Shown: positions 14,133 to 25,147 of the stretch, piece after piece
How the letters are laid out: the number at the start of each line of letters is the position of its first letter
Position numbering within the stretch: the first letter of the stretch is position 1
Assembly (NCBI GenBank): GCA_036172245.1
Contig: JAYWIR010000020.1
Location: 1,674,001-1,738,000, forward strand
Source: Raillietiella orientalis
Lineage: Eukaryota
Direction of reading: 5' to 3'
Length of the DNA stretch: 64,000 bases
Notes under the pieces: generated by a model
The model's input: the letters and a program-made list of their open reading frames with translations, nothing else
What the model was told of the DNA's origin: nothing
Databases searched by the model: none
Translations under genes and position numbers: made by a program

Positions 14133-14908
14133 CTTGATGTTGGTTTTACTTGTAGTCTGGCCTGTCTTTCAAATAAAAGGTGGTGATTACTTATGCAAGC
14201 ATGAGCTGCAGAGATTCATCTCACGGTTGCTACTGACAACCCCTCCTCTGTACCCTTGAAGAAAGTTCCAATCTTGTGTTTCATTTCATATGTTTATTTT
14301 TGTATGTGTTTCATGTTTTGTTGATGCGGGCGGGTAGGTGTAGTTGAACGTACAGATGCTCCCAGTCAAAAGTAATTACGAGCGAAGACCTTAAAAGCTG
14401 TGTCCGCAAACGTACGCTCAATCAGGTGTTTTGTATTTCCATGATTTTTTTTCGGAACCGTGTGTACACACGCAATGGCATGTTACGTAACTTCCAAGCA
14501 CACGTTCCGTGCTCATGCGACCAGTGTTTGTGCATAGAGCCAAGTTTTTCGTTTGTTTGCTTGTTTTTTTTTTTTGTTTGTGTGTGTGTTTTTTTTTGTG
14601 AATGAAAAAAGGGAAAATAGCCAGGTTCAGCCAGTACCCCCCTCCCTCTCTCCCTGCCTCCCTTCCCTTCCCTCCCCCCCTCATAATGAATGATGGTTTT
14701 GCGCTGATGGATTTGCACGAAAAGGGGGGAGAGGAAATACGCACCTATTCCATTCGTTTCACATGTGTGTGTTGTCTGTTTTTATTTTTTCATTTTTTTT
14801 AAATCTTTGGTGTTTTCGTCTCAATTTCCGCACAGCGAAATTGAGGCTGTTAACAGTAACAGCAGGATTTTACTTTGAAGATTTAGTAATAGCAAAATGT
14901 GTTTTTAG

Positions 14909-15123
14909 GTCAGGCGAGAAACCATTCTTGTCCTTTTTGTGCGAAAGGATTTGGACTGCGTCACAACATGCTTTCTCACATAAGAAACATGCATATGTTA
15001 AAGCCTAAGGAACTGTGGGAAAAGTGCCACATATGTCAGAAAGAATACAAAACAAAGGAGCGCTTGGCCATTCACTTGATTCAGGCTCACGGGGTGTACT
15101 CTCGAAAGAGGAAGATCGATTGA
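14909..15123 (+). CDS. alternative terminal zinc-finger exon Z7
   Basis: gtttttag acceptor, phase 1; CPFCAKGFGLRHNMLSHIRNMH / CHICQKEYKTKERLAIHLIQAH; AATAAA 15288. Confidence 0.9.
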
Positions 15124-15648
15124 AGGGCGTGTCAGAGAAGATCGCCGGAGTCTTCAGCAGATTGTTTCTTGCGAGGAAGGACACGCCCTGCGTTCGCAGC
15201 CCTCTGCGCGTAATCGCGTTGGGATGGACGTTTCAAGGATGACTCTCTCTGCATCAGTTTTGTGGTCAGGGGGTTGCTCTCTAATGTAATAAAGCTTGTA
15301 GGTTCCTTGACTTTTATGTTTTTTTTTTTTTTTTCTTTTTTTTTTTTCTTGGCCCTCCCCCTCCCCCCAAATAAGAAGAAAGAAAGAAAGAAAGACGAAA
15401 ACCTGTCCCTGTTCTATTCTTGTGACTGGCTGCAAACAAAACAATCTTATGGATGCTATCTTTTGTCAAATCTCACCGTCAAACTTGAGTGTTTTAATTT
15501 TATTGGAATTTTTCTTCCGCCGTGGACACAAGTTGTACAAAGTTCCCCAACGAGGTGTTTCTCATTTCAATCTTAGTTCACCTGGAGATGGCGCCGAAAC
15601 ATGAACATCCACGATACATCGGCTTCAGAAAATTGCACTTTTGTCAGG

Positions 15649-15671
15649 AGAGAGAAAGAGAGAGAGGGAGG

Positions 15672-15702
<31 letters not shown>

Positions 15703-15705
15703 AAA
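15649..15705. repeat. (GA)n-rich microsatellite
   Basis: agagagaaagagagagagggagggagagagagagagagagag. Confidence 0.9.
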
Positions 15706-15935
15706 AGTAACACATTATAAAATAAGGGCATCTTTGTGAGCTGTGTGGACAAAAGTGTGAAGATTCCTAGTATTGTGTAACTTTTGCGTGTCACTTGTTG
15801 TTTGCATATATTCCAATGTACAGCAGCAATCGGAGGAGCTGTTAGGTTTGTGCTCTGTCATTTCTGTTCGAGTTTGTTGGAGTGATGATCAGAGGAGCTA
15901 TTATTTTGTTGTCTAACTAGACGTATATATTTTAG

Positions 15936-16159
15936 GGACTTTACCATGGACATCTGTTTCTTGCCATATATGTGGAAGATCGTTTCGTTACAAACAAAGT
16001 TTGCGTGTACATGTGCGCGAAATACACGAGTATATACCTGAAGACAAATGGATTGAATGTCCCGACTGTCCACGAAAATGGAAAACTCGAAGGCAGTTAG
16101 TCGCACATTTGAACCAAAGCCATTCGAAATACTTAACTCCAAGAAAACACAAGAACTGA
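15936..16159 (+). CDS. alternative terminal zinc-finger exon Z8 (absent from the ORF track)
   Basis: attttag acceptor, phase 1; hand translation GTLPWTSVSCHICGRSFRYKQSLRVHVREIHEYIPEDKWIECPDCPRKWKTRRQLVAHLNQSHSKYLTPRKHKN*; AATAAA 16276. Confidence 0.9.
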
Positions 16160-16195
16160 AATATGTAAAAACTGCACGTTTCAAAAAGATCATAT

Positions 16196-16288
16196 TATAT
16201 TTATATATGTATGTGTGTGTGTGTGTGTGTGTGTGTCTGTGTGTCTGTGTGTGTATGTATGTATATATATATATAAATAAACAAATAT

Positions 16289-16320
<32 letters not shown>
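16196..16320. repeat. compound (TG)n/(TA)n microsatellite
   Basis: tgtgtgtg... followed by atatatat... runs. Confidence 0.9.
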
Positions 16321-16458
16321 CAGAGGAAAAATAAATCATTATTTGGCATGTTTATATATTTTTTTATTTACACAGTATGCGTTCAGGATTAAGCAATATT
16401 TCTCGATGATAAGCCTTATGAAAATTCATGACTTCATGTGCTGCTATTTGCATTTCAG

Positions 16459-16673
16459 GGCGTTTTCCTTATTCAAGAAGGTTTGTTTGCCCATGCTGCG
16501 AAAAATCGTTCACAAGGCGCCATGATATGCTTTTACACATTAAATACACTCACGAAGACAAACCATTGGATCAATGGGAAAAATGTCCTGTATGCCTCAA
16601 GGTTTACAAAACACGTCACCAACTGACCGTTCATTTGAACCACACTCATCAGATTTTTCTTACAAAGCAATAA
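16459..16673 (+). CDS. alternative terminal zinc-finger exon Z9
   Basis: atttcag acceptor, phase 1; CPCCEKSFTRRHDMLLHIKYTH / CPVCLKVYKTRHQLTVHLNHTH; AATAAA overlaps the stop. Confidence 0.9.
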
Positions 16674-16729
16674 ATTATCCTTTTTTTCCTTTTTTTTTTT
16701 TTTTTTTTTTCTTCTCCCCCCCTCCCCCC

Positions 16730-16771
16730 TGTTGTTGTTGTTGTTGTTGTTGTTGCCGTTGCTGTTGTTGT
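16730..16771. repeat. (TGT)n microsatellite
   Basis: tgttgttgttgttgttgttgttgttg; explains the poly-C/poly-L ORFs in the track. Confidence 0.9.
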
Positions 16772-17128
16772 GGGAATTTCAGGTTGCATACATTCAGATT
16801 TACAGAGACATTAATTCGAGTTCGAAAATCTGTTTAGCAGCCCACAGTGTTCTGAGATTTGCTGGCACTGATAATAAATTATTTCAGTATGTTTTTTGGT
16901 TATTGTCATTGTGTGTTTTCCTGAGTGGAACAGAAAACATTTCTCATTCGCTTCATTTGAAATAAGCTTCGATTTGTTTTTTTTTTTTTTTTTTTTTTTA
17001 ATGTAATGGAATGGTTCGATTTCTTACTGATGTGTTCTGATTTCAACAATCTTTCATCTTGTTGGATTTTTATCATTTCTATAATATTTAAGGAGTAGTG
17101 AAATGCCTTTGTAATATTATCATTTCAG

Positions 17129-17334
17129 GCGCTTCGAGCGGCCATGGTTGTACGCTTTGTGGTAAGATTTTCAATGTGAAATACAAAATGATGTACCATT
17201 ATCGCAATGTTCATGCCTACCAGGACTGCATGGAATGCTTTAAGTGCCTCAAAGTGTTCAAAAATAAAAAGCGTCTTATCGATCACTTGAATCGTACTCA
17301 TCAAGTTTACCTGAAAAAAACCCGGAAATTCTAA
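17129..17334 (+). CDS. alternative terminal zinc-finger exon Z10
   Basis: atttcag acceptor, phase 1; CTLCGKIFNVKYKMMYHYRNVH / CFKCLKVFKNKKRLIDHLNRTH; AATAAA 17403. Confidence 0.9.
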
Positions 17335-17639
17335 TATATATATATATATATATATATAAAAAAAAAAAAACATTTGATGTATTTTTCAACAGGTCATTCC
17401 GAAATAAATGACTTTCTGGTTAATGATAACAGGTTTCTTGATTTGTAGAATAGATTGAGGTTCGAAGCAGATTCACTCTTAAGGATTCTTTAAGCGAAAG
17501 TAGTCTTGGTTGATTGATTGGTGCTGGCTATTTGATTTCATTTAATGTTGTGAGCTCAAAGTATTTAATGTATTCAATGAACTCAAGGTTTTATGATGTG
17601 AAAGAAATTAGAAAATATTGTTTACTTGTTATTTTTCAG

Positions 17640-17854
17640 GAACGTTAAATGGATATAGCTGTTCCATCTGTGGTAAGCTATTCAGTTTCAAGCATAATAT
17701 GCTATATCATATTCGAAATGTGCATACTCATGAGGAAGAGTGGCTTCAGTGTTTTAAATGCAGGAAGAATTTCAAAAATAAGAAGAGATTAATAGATCAC
17801 TTGAACCAGACCCATGGATATTATTTAAGGAAGCCTAAGTCGTTCTCTCTGTGA
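17640..17854 (+). CDS. alternative terminal zinc-finger exon Z11
   Basis: tttttcag acceptor, phase 1; CSICGKLFSFKHNMLYHIRNVH / CFKCRKNFKNKKRLIDHLNQTH; AATAAA 17861. Confidence 0.9.
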
Positions 17855-17949
17855 CTGTAGAATAAAAATTAAGCTGGAGTTTTATTTTTATTTTATTTTT
17901 ATGTTTGAATTTTCATGCCAGTTTTAATGGCATCCAGTCATGGGTGGAT

Positions 17950-19250
17950 CAAAGATGAAAATCTTTAAGCTTATGCTCATATAGGTATGCCATGAATTGC
18001 AACCGTTCAGCTTGACCCCGAACATCCAAAGCATTTGCGAGGTTGAAGCAAATGGTTTGCACACTCCTGTACCTTCGTTTCTGCCCTTGGTCATCACAGT
18101 TTGCCTGTGGATGCGTCTATTCCAAGCTGCTTTGAACATGGGAAAAATTCGCGGTCATTCCGCCGTTGCCTTCGGCCGTGAATCGACTGACATGGCCGAA
18201 AAGGGCACAGTTTGCGAAAGTAGGAAATTCAGGATGTTGCTCCCTTTCTAGTTGGTTGCTGGCTGTTTGTCCGATGCATCACTGAATAGTGATGCATCGG
18301 ACAAAGAATGTCTTTGGAGCACGACCAAAAAACCCGAAATGTTTTTCTCAGCATCCACGAGACCTCGTGTGTGCCTTTCTCGAAAGTACATTGGCGCGAT
18401 CCGAGGGAAACTCCCGAAATCTTTGCATCCTCACCTAAGATATGCGTGCGCCTAAGATGGTCGTTTCCCGGTGCTGTTCGAAGCATTCGCTGCTTGCACG
18501 TGCATTACTTGAAAATTATCTTGGCACTTAAAAAGCGTATTCTCTTGGTAGCATAGCGTCACCTTTGCTCCGGAGCTGCATCCTTAGGAGAGGAGTTCTG
18601 CACAAGGCTACCGACGTCTTTTCTTCGTATAAAGTTCGAGAGCTTTGGCTGCATCTTAATTTCTGCGCGTTCATCGACTTTTTCGGCTTTAGCCTTTGGT
18701 TGTCTTTCCTGAAAACTTGTTTCTCCGGAAACACTGAGGTTGTGGCAAGGACGGGAACGTGGCCACTGAAAATCTTGGTTGCCGAAAATCGCCTCCTCCA
18801 GCGTGTTTGTGGCCCCACCGTGTGTGGTCCGAATGGCATTCGTTAAGGATGGCATTTCATGAACGTAACACACGTTTGAGCTCTTTGCATGACCGGAAGA
18901 TACCATCGATGCCTTCGAACTCCTCTTCTCCAGATAGTCTTCGATTCAAACCTGTCTCGCATCCAGGTCGTTATGCAAACGGCACCGGAACAACGTTTTT
19001 TCAGCTTGTTTTGCCAACTTTGCAAACTCTCGTGCTTTTCGGTCCTGAAGAAGTGCTGGCCGTGATGTCTTCCTAAGCTTGCGTTGCGCTGGACCGGCAT
19101 CCTGTTCCCGAATTTACGCGCGTGATCGCCCGCCAGCCGGCATGTTTTTCGTACTATACTTTTTGCACTTTTTTGTTTCACTACGATTTGCAAGTTTTGC
19201 AAAAAGTGCCTGCAATACCCGGTTAAAAAAAAAAAAAGAAAACAAAAGAA
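17950..19250 (+). mobile_element. highly degraded non-LTR retrotransposon 3' fragment (tentative)
   Basis: GC step after the BTB gene, KYIG (KYLG-like RT motif) near 18385, A-rich tail at 19225-19252. Confidence 0.35.
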
Positions 19251-21249
19251 AACACGGGTTTGCCACCAAAGAAAAACCAGCGTTTCGGATGCACACGAAA
19301 GATTTCCGATTAAGGTGCACAGCAAAGCGTGTTCTTTATTAAAAGTGCAATTGTGGCACTGCTTAGGTACTCTTTCCATGACACCTTCAGACGTTTGCTG
19401 ATGCAAGTTGGTACACTATCATCCACACTGAGAGCATCTTCTCATGCAACACTGTGAAGCGTTGCAGTTGATGCAACGGAGTCGTCGCGCTCAGGCCAGA
19501 ACGAGGAATGTCGGAATTCCAGATATTTTAACTGAGCTGCGATTTTTTCATCGAAGCAAAATGACACTCGAGAACAGAGAACCTCAGGTTTCGAGGACTC
19601 ACTCAAGACTCAAGAAGGGAAATGTTGCTTATGGGAACTGAAAACTCCGAGCAATTTCGTGGTAGGCAAGTGGGACGTGGCAGGAAGAAATAATCCTGGC
19701 TCTAATCGAAGGTGGCTCTAACCTACTTGGCAGTGCCGTTCAGCCAGGGAGTGTGCATTTTAAATTGCATACACATTGGTGGGATTATGGAGATACCAAA
19801 GCTGCCCCCACGAGGCTCGCACCGCAGCACACGCGACTAGCGCGATGGCTGTAATGCAGGAATGTCGTGTAATTTACCACAAAAATCATATCTCACCACT
19901 GTATATCAAAATAGCACGAAAAGTCCAATGTGTTCTTTTGATTCAAAAATTGCACCTAGTGTGTCTTATAAATGGAAACCAAAAAAAAAAAAAAAAAAAA
20001 GGAAACAAGAGGGGGATCTCACAAAGAATATCTCTAAAACGGCATCTTTCCCTAATAAGCGATTGCTGCACTGCTTAAATCCCGGGTCTCAATTACCGTG
20101 GGAAGTTAAATCCAGGAGGAAAGGATGCAAAAAACATCCGAGGTGCCCAATCCGCTCTTTGACCATCGCGGTTTGTTTGCGTTATGTGATCTGCGATTAT
20201 CCCGACCCTTGGCCAAGTGCCTCTTGGCAAAGTAATTTTGCTTTCCTGATTTGTTTGTTTGCTGCTGATTTCACGACGGGGGGGATTTACGTGCAGGGCT
20301 GTATCGTGTTTGTGCTTTACCTGGTAGTGATCAAGACGCAAAAGGGATGCTGCATCCCTTCACCTGGGGGTTCGTGCCTTGAACCCACAGCCTGGGCTTC
20401 CCCATTTCAGAGCTCTTGAGCGCTCACAGACCTCGGCAGTCTCTCACACTCTCGAAGTTTTGGATGAACGAAGTGGTGTTTTCATGCAAGGGAAGTTGCA
20501 GTCTCCGTTCCTTGAACTTTGAAGTTTATTGATGCCAGCATCCCTTTCTTCAGGCAGTGAATTCCCGCCGGTGGGCAAGAAATCACCTTTTCCATTTTGG
20601 AATCGGTAAACGCTCAGCTGCGTTCATTACCCATTCCTGTTTCAATTCTAGTTTGATGAGGACCCAGCTTAATTTCCGTTTTATCCATGTTATAATTCCC
20701 AGGTTCCCCCGCCGTCCCTATTTCAAGGTTCTGGATTGACCTTGTTTCACTTGATGACTGGCGCGTTACCCCCGTTGTCGCGAATCTTTGCGAACGTATC
20801 CGATGCACGTGCACACGTGTTTTCTCGAGCATATGCACTTCCAACTCTCGTCTCATTTTCGAATTTGCCGGTGAAGCCATGGTCGCAGCATAATTGCTCC
20901 CTGTTTATCATTACAGTTCGGTGGAGTGTAGAATTTCTTTTCTTTTTTTTTCTAGTAACGGAAAAATGGGGGTAATGGAAAAAGTGGCAGCTTTAAGGAT
21001 TTGTTCTTTCTGTGGGACTACAAATGTCTGTTTCTTTGAGTTAGAGGTCGTAGGAGACCATGAGTAATCCTACAGTACACAAGTGGAATGGTTGTGAAAG
21101 ACATAACGCAACAACAAATCAAAAGATAACCCTAACCTACTTGGCAATCGTTTAGTTGAGTTTTAGGATCAGTTGAGTACAAAAGGAAGGATCGAGAGAC
21201 TCAGGAGGGAACGATAATTTACACATTGATAACTTCGCAAAGTTCAAAT

Positions 21250-21700
21250 TGGCTTGAAATTTTTCCCCAAGTCATGTCAGGATCCCTCAGTTTGTGGGAT
21301 CCCTGTACCGATCCTAATTGCAGCCTGTGCCCTTTGCCTCATGCACTACCCAAACTGGACACGTTGTTGTGCTTCTGGGGGCCTCAGCCAGACCTTTACC
21401 AGAGGTGGGGTTCCTCAGGGACACTGCTTACGAACCAGGTCCGGATGTGCCAAACTTCACGACAACGCAAATGCCATGCTGTCCGAGCAATCTTCAACAC
21501 AGCAGCTCTCGTGGAATCGGCGCGGAGCTCGGTGGATGACAACCCTGGCTGCATGGCGAGCCCCAGACGGCTTTCTACCACAATCATCACGTGATCAGGG
21601 AATCGCAGGAGGCTCGAGAAGCTGAGCGATTCGGAGATTGATGCTGGCCCCAAAAGTAGCGTCCCTGCCGTCGGACACGGATCGCACGTTACGGACAGGT
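21250..21700 (+). mobile_element. degraded reverse-transcriptase fragment
   Basis: TRGGVPQGHCL (GVPQG motif) followed by SVDD (YADD-like) in another frame. Confidence 0.45.
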
Positions 21701-23149
21701 CGAAAGTGCCTCTGATGCAAAAGCACGACTGCATTTATATAACGCCTTTTTTCATTCTTCATTTTGCTTGCGCACCCTTAGAAAGGATCCGATGCTTCCC
21801 GTGCTTCTCAAGGAACCGGCGGTTCGTATTTCTTTCCCAGTGTTTCCACTGGCAAAACACACATTTCCCGTGTGCACTGCTGCTCTAACGTCGTGCTTTT
21901 CCAGTGGCACGTGATTACTCATAGAGAGAGGATGTCTCCTAAAATTCCATCCACGAGCTCTCTAAATATGAGATCGTATTTTTTTCCCCCCCTTTTTCTG
22001 AGACAGGTGCCAAGGAAGAGACCAAAGCACATATGGATTCTGCCGTTTTACAGTTTCACTTCACGAAAGGATGTAATCCTTGAATTGCAACTTATTGCTC
22101 CCCATTGTGAATGCTTAGTTTTCAGTTTGGCCCGTTTGATGTGGAATTTGCTTTTTTTTTTTTTTTTCTCCAATGAGCTGGACGTACTGCCATAGAAACG
22201 GATGCTTATGTGTTTACTTTAGGTATAAGAAGGTTCCGACCAGAGTTCAGATTTATTTCGTCAAAATAATTATTCATATAAGACTGGCTACTTTCGGACG
22301 CTTTCCTTTTCACATTCTTTCGAATTCCTTTATAATCTGCAATTTACTCTCAATTGTGAAGTGGTCTAAAGGGGAATGCAGCTTTTCAGGTGTTAACGTA
22401 CCTTTGGAAGCACGTTGATCGCTTTCATTTAGTGTTTGGGGGGGGGGGGAGGACATGTAAGTGTTTCCCCCTCCACTGAAACCATACAAGTTCCTTGTAC
22501 TCATTCCAGTGGCACAAGAACTGGGTGCAAAGAAGAGACATAAGACGATTCCCACTTAGCGCATCCGCATTTCTCTTTTCCGGAAACACATGTTCTGTTC
22601 ATGGGCACATTTTACATTTATGTGGCACGGGCCTACTGTGTTCAACATCGATGGAGATACAGAGGATATCTGTGTAAGATTTCTGCACTGGTCGAGGTTG
22701 CCAAATACAGACCGAAGTAAGGCAATCATTTACCTATCTGCTACTCATTTCCCGGCTTTAATCTGCAGATCTCTTCCTTTCGTGGTCAACGATGAGATTC
22801 CGATAGAAATATCCATTCTCATCCATTTGTTATTTGTTTTCACGAGGTCTTTGGTTCCGTTGAGGATACCGATAGTTTTGATCATCCTCTGCAACTTTTC
22901 TCCAGTGAGTTCGCTCATTTAATACGTCTGCTATTGTATTTATTTGAATTTTCGGAATGTTTCAAAGCTATGATTTTTGTACAGACCATGGGGTGAAGTC
23001 AACGTGAATGCTCCACAGGGAGCATTTCCTTCAAAATTGTACGAGGAAGGATCTTTCGAAAAGCAGGTCCGCATCCGTGTTAGAAAAATGCTGGATGCAA
23101 TTTCACGATCTCAATGGACCATCTTACACAATTCCGGAAATTTCAATAT

Positions 23150-23330
23150 ATTACCATTTATCGTTTATCCAAGTCATAGAATATTTCATGCTTGCATTTT
23201 CTGTCACCAACTCCATCTTTGGCTCCATATTCTTGAACGCTACAGGATTCCACGGCCTTCACGTAATAGCCAGAATCATTTGGTTTACTCTCTGCAAATT
23301 CTTACACTCTCTCTTACTCACATTCATGAT
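23150..23330 (+). pseudogene. COX3: NUMT: mitochondrial cytochrome c oxidase subunit III fragment
   Basis: SFIQVIEYFMLAFSVTNSIFGSIFLNATGFHGLHVI matches the COX3 signature EY...F.I.DS.YGS.FF.ATGFHGLHV. Confidence 0.85.
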
Positions 23331-23360
23331 CTTTCCTTTAAACTTCCTTTGTCGTACTGA

Positions 23361-25138
23361 CATGCCGACGATCTTCTGCTCCTGCTGCTTATGTCCGTTC
23401 CGAAATCCGCAGTCGAAAATCTTCTCGATCTGCTCGGTTGCGGGACCGGACTCCGGATTAACAGGGCGGAGTCGTCCGTGGTGGCAGTTGCAGCGGCATG
23501 GGCTGAACAGCCCGACTGGTTCCGCTTGAGAATCCCCACGGGCAGGTACTTGAAGTACCTTAGCGTTCCGTTGGTGGACTTCTGCGCGTCGGAAGCTTGG
23601 TCAGGTCGTCTACAGAAAGTGGAGTTGGCGATCGGCTCGTTCCTGGAGGGCAAGTTTTACTTGCCGGAACGGGCCGCGGTGTGGAACGCGTTCTCGGCTA
23701 CCATCCTCCACCCACTACTTTCTGTTTGCTCTGTCCCTAAGGATATTGAGAAGAGGACGAAGGACCTACTGCGCATCGCCCTGTGAGGCAACGGGAGGTC
23801 TCATGTGCCATTGTCGGACTTGTACGCTCTGCGTCCGAATGGCGGTCTCGACCTCCAGGAACAGATGGAAATTCAGCTGCGTTGCCGAACCCTGGCCATC
23901 GCGGTGAAGTATTGGAACACCCCTTGGTGTATCGCGGTCCGTCTCCTCGTCCGCGGTGTCTCCGGAACGGATGGACTTGCGTCTCATCTTCTGTGCCGCA
24001 GCCTGAAGAAAAGATGTGGCCTTCTTCTCGGGCGCATAGCCACCCTGGCGAAGGAGAACAGCTGGATGGTGTGCAGCCCCGCAAACTATAGCGCATAGCT
24101 ACAAGAAACAGTTGGCACTTGGGCGAATTTGAACCAACCGAGTGAAACGGAACTGCGTGCGATTGAGCAATCTCTCCCGCTGTTCGCTGCGGAAAGTCCT
24201 GGAATGTCTAGCCAGGAGCACCCAAGTGGAGATGACCCTCCCCGCTACGGTGTTGCGTTTCCTGAAGAGGGCGCTTGGCAGCAACCGAACGCCGAGGTGG
24301 CAGGTCTCCTGCCGGATAGCGGGCAAGGAGAAGCTGTTAAGCGGTTGGACCATGAGGGAACTGGCTGACGCCGCGACCCCCAGCGTCCTCTTGCGAGGAA
24401 TTCGGAGATGGGGCGAGCTGCTGGGCATCCCGCTGGATGACCTCATGTGGCTCCGGTATTTAGAGACACATCCACCCTCCCCCTCAAGTGGCAGGAATCG
24501 GCACTGCTGCTGTTGCACTGGGGTCTTCACTGCAACGCGCGCCGCCACCACTGGACGTTGGGGAAGGTGGGACAGAAGTGTGCAGTGTGCGGGGAGAAGG
24601 AATCCCTCCCCCACCTGTTAGTGGACTGCGCTGCCCTCCGGCCCTTGTGGGAACGTTTTGCTACGACCCTCCGGATGCCGGTCGGCAGTCCCCCCAGAGA
24701 CATTGTGCGAATCCTCTTCGTGCGAGACGCCCTGCAACCAGCCTCGGCCCTGGCAGCGCTCTGCTGCTTCCGAGGGATCGTGGCTGCGTAGAGCACAGCC
24801 AACAGAGGAAGTAGCGATAGGGACCCGATTGTACACGCGGGTCGCGAATCGCGATCCATCTGGGAGCTATGCAGAGGGACCTCTAGGGCATCCTGGAAAA
24901 GATGATCTCTTCCTCCAGCGGGCAGTGATCCCTTCCTGACCCAACAAAGTGTTTATTTTTTTTTTTTTTTCCTTTATTTTTCTTTTTGTTTTTTTCCCCA
25001 TCCCCCTCCGCTGCCGAAGAGCGTCGAGCCGGTCTGCGTACCGGCTTCCCGGCAGGCCTTATGAACTATTGGCCGTAGCGGGGCCTAGTACCGCAAATAT
25101 ACTATGTTTAGAAATAAACGCCCCGGCGTGACCGGGTC
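23361..25138 (+). mobile_element. Tx1/L1-type LINE, 5'-truncated and degraded (RT C-half, C-terminal CCHC, 3' UTR)
   Basis: HADDLLLLL, RYLKYL, GGL motif, CAVCGEKESLPHLLVDC; T-rich tract, 3' hairpins and AATAAA. Confidence 0.88.
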
Positions 25139-25147
25139 GCTGGGAAG

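Noticed and set aside
15400..15625. Possible second decayed zinc-finger exon (SCTKFPNEVFLISILVHL)
   Set aside because: Position fits the spacing gap, but no Cys pair or consistent His spacing can be recovered by eye.
11075..17854. Cluster of independent small zinc-finger genes
   Set aside because: Most units lack an ATG, and all begin at same-phase splice acceptors matching the donor at 10367.
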